A stretch of DNA of 64,000 nucleotides, taken from IMG/VR virus record IMGVR_UViG_3300005340_000004, positions 7,878 through 71,877 of that record; one strand, given 5' to 3'. Below, in pieces: positions 60,301 through 64,000 of the stretch; the first letter of the stretch is position 1, and the number at the start of each line of letters is the position of its first letter. This DNA comes from a virus. The position numbers and the translations under genes were made by a program. Under the pieces are notes generated by a model. It had not been told where the DNA came from, searched no databases, and worked only from the letters and a program-made list of their open reading frames with translations.

Positions 60301-62744
60301 GCATTTCTGCCAATCGTATTTACCCAAGTACTGAACGCTCCTTTTTCTGGATTGAATGATTGCTCGGCAGCTTTAGCTTTCACTAAAGCGTTCTGAACAA
60401 CATCAGGAATGTTATCTTCGGGGATATTTTTAGCGCGAGCAATAGACTCCAGACGAACTCTGGTTTTGTCACTTGCAAGATTTTCGTCAAAACTTGCGGA
60501 TTTCTTGTTTTCAATAACCGGTTCCGCCGCACGCTCCATGGCAGAAGTAATCTTGTCTCCATCCTTAGGATTTTGGAGAGATCCTTCGATAAACTCATTG
60601 CCAATCAGGAATCCGCTTTCACGGTTGGTTGGTTTGACGAGATTCGTATTTCCCTCGGCTACGAGATTTCCAAGTCCGAGTGCATGGATACGGTCGTTCG
60701 GAGAGATGAAAACTTCCCCTGATGTTTTATCTCTGAACGCAATAAGGGGCTTGGGGCCGTAGTTGGTCCCATCCCACTTTCCGATAACAGGGGTCGAACC
60801 CGTTTCGGCGGTTATGCTGTTTTCTCTTCCTGATTCATTTACTTCTTGGGTCGGGAGTCCTTGTCGCGGGGCGTTCCCTTGTTCTTCGACCACGACTTCG
60901 CGCGGACTTCCTTCATTTTGCTCGGCCACGTTGGACCTTCCACTTTGGCTGTATTCTTGGGCATTTTGTGTTGTTGGTTGTGCCGCTTCCGCGACGGTTT
61001 CTTGTGAAATTAAAAGGTCGATTGGGACAACGCCATTTTTAGTTAGGATAAAGTTATCCGGCTTGGCGTCCCCCACCAATAGTCCGTCGGATTCGCGCGT
61101 CCACTTATGAGTTCCGGGTGCGGCCTCAAAACCCTCTTCCTGCATAAACGCCTCAATCTGTTTGAGGGTAGGATTTGCGTTCTTCGTATCGACGGGACGA
61201 ATGTTCTTCTGAGAGATAACCAAATCCGCAGATGTTTTGTCATCATCCAATTCATCGGCGCGACGAGCAACGCCTTCAATGGAAATATCCGTTCCGAAAA
61301 TCTCATTCGTAAGACGTATACGATCCAAATACTCGGGAAGAGTTGCTTTCTCTAGTCCGATTCGGCCCTCCGCATCCTTTTTTGGAACAAGGCCAAATTG
61401 GTTGCGTTGCAAGACCTTTACATACCTATCTTTGTCGGGAGAAAAGTAAACGTCGTGCTCGGTCGTCTTTGTTCTGCGATCCTCTAAGGAGGAAATTTGC
61501 TCCTCGCTAATTTTCGGCAGTTCAGCTTCTAGGCTCCCCAGTTGTTGTTCTGGACTCTGCGCTTGAAGGTTTCCTCCACTTGCTCCTTGCTCTGCTGACT
61601 CAACTGGTCTTTGGATAATTTCGATTGCATCCAATACTGATCGTTGAGCTTGTGCCTGAGCTTCAGGGCTTGGGACATCGGCAGTAATTTCGGGAAGTTC
61701 ATTGGCTACTTCTTGGGCTTGCGCTTCGGGCGCGGCTTCGGTTTGCGTTTCGAGGACAAGATCACTTTCTGATTGGATAGGAGCGGGTTCATTGATTATT
61801 TCCTCGGTAAATCCCGCCAAGTCAGGTGTGACGGCAGGTTCGCTAACGACCTCAGCTCCCTGTTCCGAAAGTGGCGTAGCTGGTTGTTGAGTGGATTGTT
61901 CTTCGGGCGCAAGAACTCCTTCAGGGATATTTGTTTCCGTTTCATTTATTGTTTTCGATAAATCTTTTTGAGCTAGAACCGATGCTGTAGCAGGAAGGTC
62001 GGAATTAAGTGCAGCAATTACCCTTGGTGATGCAGCATGAGCTACACCAAGTCCACCAAGGGCAAGATTTCCTGTCAGTCCAACCAAAGCCTCTGCCTTT
62101 TGCCCTGCTGTCTCAGATCGGTTCAGACTTTCGACTTGTTCAGGAACTCCCGATAGCATCTGTGCGCCAAAACCGCCTGCTGCCGCTCTTTGGATATTGG
62201 GAAGAGTTGCTTCGCCTAAAGCTGCTGCACCGGCCCTTGTGATGGCATTCTCCGGCCCAAGGCCAATCGGGATCATGGCCGCGTTGATGGGATTTGTCAG
62301 AGAATTGGCTACGGCGACCGCTCCTCGTCCTGCGCCCCTGAGAACTGAAGGGATGCCTGTTTCTCCGGGAATTTGCTCTAGTCCAAGATCGCGAATAACA
62401 TCTTCAGTTGGAGCGAGAGGAACGCCAAGGATTCCGCCTTCTCTCGCTACTCGGTCACCTAAAGGAGCAACTTCGTATCGAGTGGAGCCGTCAGACTGAG
62501 TTACCGGAATGGCGTTGTCATCTACCGCTGTCTGAGTAGGAATCCTAAACTCATCGGAGAATAGAGTAGCAGGAGCGGTAAAGACGTTGGAAACTTTGGC
62601 AGCAACATTACCAACCTGATCCATTAAAGACGGACCACCTTCAATCTTTGGGCGATCCTTGGGATCAGGAACAGAATCCAGCCATGAATCGAATTGGCTT
62701 TTCGGTTCTGGAACTTCCGCAAGATACTCTTCAAGAGTAGGCAT
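57339..62744 (-). CDS. Large polyvalent internal virion/ejection protein with kinase-like and ECF sigma domains (likely start ATG 62744, MPTLEEY)
   Basis: About 1800 aa. Kinase-like region ~61010-61470, sigma2+sigma4 ~59990-60460, long helical C-terminus typical of ejection proteins. Confidence 0.75.
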   Translation of the reverse strand: MPTLEEYLAEVPEPKSQFDSWLDSVPDPKDRPKIEGGPSLMDQVGNVAAKVSNVFTAPATLFSDEFRIPTQTAVDDNAIPVTQSDGSTRYEVAPLGDRVAREGGILGVPLAPTEDVIRDLGLEQIPGETGIPSVLRGAGRGAVAVANSLTNPINAAMIPIGLGPENAITRAGAAALGEATLPNIQRAAAGGFGAQMLSGVPEQVESLNRSETAGQKAEALVGLTGNLALGGLGVAHAASPRVIAALNSDLPATASVLAQKDLSKTINETETNIPEGVLAPEEQSTQQPATPLSEQGAEVVSEPAVTPDLAGFTEEIINEPAPIQSESDLVLETQTEAAPEAQAQEVANELPEITADVPSPEAQAQAQRSVLDAIEIIQRPVESAEQGASGGNLQAQSPEQQLGSLEAELPKISEEQISSLEDRRTKTTEHDVYFSPDKDRYVKVLQRNQFGLVPKKDAEGRIGLEKATLPEYLDRIRLTNEIFGTDISIEGVARRADELDDDKTSADLVISQKNIRPVDTKNANPTLKQIEAFMQEEGFEAAPGTHKWTRESDGLLVGDAKPDNFILTKNGVVPIDLLISQETVAEAAQPTTQNAQEYSQSGRSNVAEQNEGSPREVVVEEQGNAPRQGLPTQEVNESGRENSITAETGSTPVIGKWDGTNYGPKPLIAFRDKTSGEVFISPNDRIHALGLGNLVAEGNTNLVKPTNRESGFLIGNEFIEGSLQNPKDGDKITSAMERAAEPVIENKKSASFDENLASDKTRVRLESIARAKNIPEDNIPDVVQNALVKAKAAEQSFNPEKGAFSTWVNTIGRNAANDFLRQEIPKNQRETSLEAPIGEESTIADTIAAPETADVSQGIEVAEARERINTLLKDFPEGERNVLLAMQEGLSNSEIAERLGMKPNVVRSLQSRGLAKLRNSPYILGLTPDNKFTRWFSDNLRRLFVAEGDLPTEVFHKATQRTGAIKEQSREIAYATRDLYNSLKEEFKISKGEEFFKGMSRIPKEFVARMNDALLGRVDMDTLPEAVRGPLQAMRDHVDALSQKMIDEGLVPEELKAVVGDNMGVYLTRSYRMFDDPKWREKIEPEVYNKALNFILKENQKFDPTYSVTDARRDVDAMLQDWQDEGTGVLVKKGAKLGSKDLSSFIRRKDIPEELRNLLGEYKNPVINYARSVTKMASVIANEKFLRDVRKEGLGKFLFEDGTQPPGFDALIAAPESRTMAPMNGLRTTPQIAAAFAEFNKADPQAKGLWRTWLQANALAKTSKTVGSVMTQVRNTMGQPYFWLLNGHWNPKPITQAGTSIFADLAGTGKKSQEVYKRYLRLGVVDQSTAASELRDVLKDAGLTDPNLDQFDQTSIALQNLRKYTIGAAEKSYQLSDDIGKIVGFENELATQKAIHPEWTQERAELEASQRIRNTYPTYSMVPEWVRQFRKQPFFGPFVTFAYESYRTFAHNLKYAAEDLQSDNAAQRASGARRAAGILAVMAGGYGLSAASRAILGISPEEADDARQFMAPWDRNSQLLFTGKKPGDLSFVNLSYANPYSGIADLTIPIVAGLNSGEGADQIAGEMFAEAIQPFANEGILAAKLIDVARNQTAGGREVYNPSDPDKASKIMGHIAEALEPGTLNRLRKKIIPAFQGKTTSFGDQLSPTQEIAAELTGVKQQTLDYAQALGYKASDFREADANSERIFRDVALRRGTVEPQEVIDSYTNSNTARFELWKQMYRAIRAAQRRGVPDSEIKASLLSRNVTQKDASKLLKGIYSPYTPSQYLLGQLRERKRTLPQQVRDEIARSNGLSLGSELE

Positions 62745-62771
62745 TCTCGAAAACAATAAAAGTTTTCCGTC

Positions 62772-63677
62772 CTATTCCAAGTCGAATCCGTTTTTCTTCA
62801 GAAATTCACGAACTGCGGCAGGGTCTTTTGACCCAACTTGCTCAACTGCCCATTGCACCGCTTCTTTGGAAAGGGCTTTTGGTTGTGATGCCGTTGGGTT
62901 CGTATAGAAGGACGCCGGAATAGGAGAGTTGCGCCGGGCAGCGGGTGCATTAGGAAGGCCCATGACAAAATCTTCCGTCATCAGGTTGTCAGGGATGGTC
63001 AAAGCCTCACTCTGAATCACATCCATTGGAATCTGGAATTGATCCCGCATGGCGCGGCCTTGGTTTCGGACCTGCTGATAATCCTCAAATTTCTGACGAT
63101 CCAACATCGTAGCTGGGATGTCCGCTCCAAAACTGAGTGCTCCGTATGGGTCTGGTCCAAATTGGTCAACTCTCTGCTGTTGTTCCTCCAGAGAAAGTCC
63201 CTGAACTGGTATTCCGGTATTTGGTTCGATTAGCGCAGTAGGAATGATGCTGGCGTTCTCAATATCAGCTAGTTTTCCCGGACGGTATTTTACTCCCCCA
63301 AGAATTGTTCGTTCCGTGGTCGTGGGAACCATTGTTTCCACGCCAGCAGAATCGGCCAATTTATCAAACCTCTGGCCTTGAACGATACGGTCGGGAATGC
63401 GTTCAGGAATTTCCCAGACTGAGGCTAGATTATTTCCCGCTCCTAGAGCCTGTTGGATTTGCTTGTTTGGGTCGGATTGAGGAAAGGAATAATTCGTGGT
63501 TCCTGTGGGAGTTCTAAATGATCCTCCAGTTGGAATAGCTCCGTCTGGTAGAACGACAGGAACCGAAGGGGTAACTGAAGCCTTCTCGCGCACACGCCTC
63601 TGAATCTCCTGTTTTTGCTGATAGCTTAAACCAGGATCAGAAAGTGCTCGGGCTAAAATGCTGTTGTAGTCCGGCAT
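62772..63677 (-). CDS. Putative internal virion protein
   Basis: Pro/Gln-rich 301 aa directly upstream of the large protein. Confidence 0.5.
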   Translation of the reverse strand: MPDYNSILARALSDPGLSYQQKQEIQRRVREKASVTPSVPVVLPDGAIPTGGSFRTPTGTTNYSFPQSDPNKQIQQALGAGNNLASVWEIPERIPDRIVQGQRFDKLADSAGVETMVPTTTERTILGGVKYRPGKLADIENASIIPTALIEPNTGIPVQGLSLEEQQQRVDQFGPDPYGALSFGADIPATMLDRQKFEDYQQVRNQGRAMRDQFQIPMDVIQSEALTIPDNLMTEDFVMGLPNAPAARRNSPIPASFYTNPTASQPKALSKEAVQWAVEQVGSKDPAAVREFLKKNGFDLE

Positions 63678-63679
63678 CT

Positions 63680-64000
63680 TTAGTTTAAAGGAAGCCCTAA
63701 ATCATCGTAACTAGGTGCAGCAGGAGCCGGAGCTAGTTGTGTTGGAATTTCAGACATCTGCGTTCCATAAGGAGAAAGAGGAGGTGCTTCATCAGGCAAA
63801 ATAACCGGCTCGGTTGCAGTAGGTGCATCTATCTCGTCGAGATAGGTTTGGAACGATCCTCCTCCTGTTGTAACCGCTCCACCATAGGGATTTGCTAGTC
63901 GCTGCGCCTGCTGAATCTTGTAAGGAAGCAACATCTCCTGAATCTGATTCAGCCGTGCTCGATCCTGCATGTCAGCTTGAAATTGCTGTTGCTTCATCCA
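63680..64000 (-). CDS. Putative internal virion protein, C-terminal part (may start beyond the window)
   Basis: Gln/Pro-rich; frame open to the window edge. Confidence 0.45.
   Translation of the reverse strand, partial: WMKQQQFQADMQDRARLNQIQEMLLPYKIQQAQRLANPYGGAVTTGGGSFQTYLDEIDAPTATEPVILPDEAPPLSPYGTQMSEIPTQLAPAPAAPSYDDLGLPLN

Larger units (their letters stand above)
3633..62759. repeat. Dispersed 16-bp quasi-palindrome, consensus TT(A/C)T(T/C)G(T/A)(T/A)AACAA(T/G)AA, about 31 copies
   Basis: Perfect form TTATTGTTAACAATAA at 11848-11863; copy list in findings. Confidence 0.85.

Noticed and set aside
3633-62759. 16-bp motif as only an A-rich translation initiation signal or RNA hairpin
   Set aside because: It occurs mid-gene, in both orientations and in promoter spacers, and its variation is non-compensatory.
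1-64000. Prophage status or host assignment
   Set aside because: No integrase, att pair or host genes seen. A-rich, Shine-Dalgarno-poor starts are suggestive but not enough to name a host.

Overview
A 64 kb slice of a tailed dsDNA bacteriophage genome, probably podovirus-like. It has portal, scaffold, major capsid, terminase and very large ejection-type proteins, and I see no tape measure, sheath or integrase in the window. Modules in order: tail-fibre fragment, GT-like gene, GroES and terminase (1-6 kb, minus); two tRNAs plus a ~0.7 kb ORF-poor, heavily base-paired region (7.6-8.6 kb); small early genes with duplicated promoters and a hammerhead ribozyme (9-24 kb); replication and recombination genes (24-38 kb); lysis genes and a collagen fibre (38-43 kb); head genes (43-50 kb); a six-gene glycosyltransferase/methyltransferase island (51-56 kb); and internal virion proteins (57-64 kb). 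Most notable: (i) an 1805-aa putative ejected protein carrying a kinase-like domain and a complete ECF-type sigma factor module; (ii) a candidate large structured ncRNA behind a 26-bp promoter identical to the capsid promoter; (iii) a 16-bp quasi-palindrome present about 31 times, often abutting start codons; (iv) a PLOD-type glycosyltransferase in a genome with collagen fibres; (v) a type II hammerhead ribozyme. All assignments come from motif recognition by eye. No database searches or folding programs were run.
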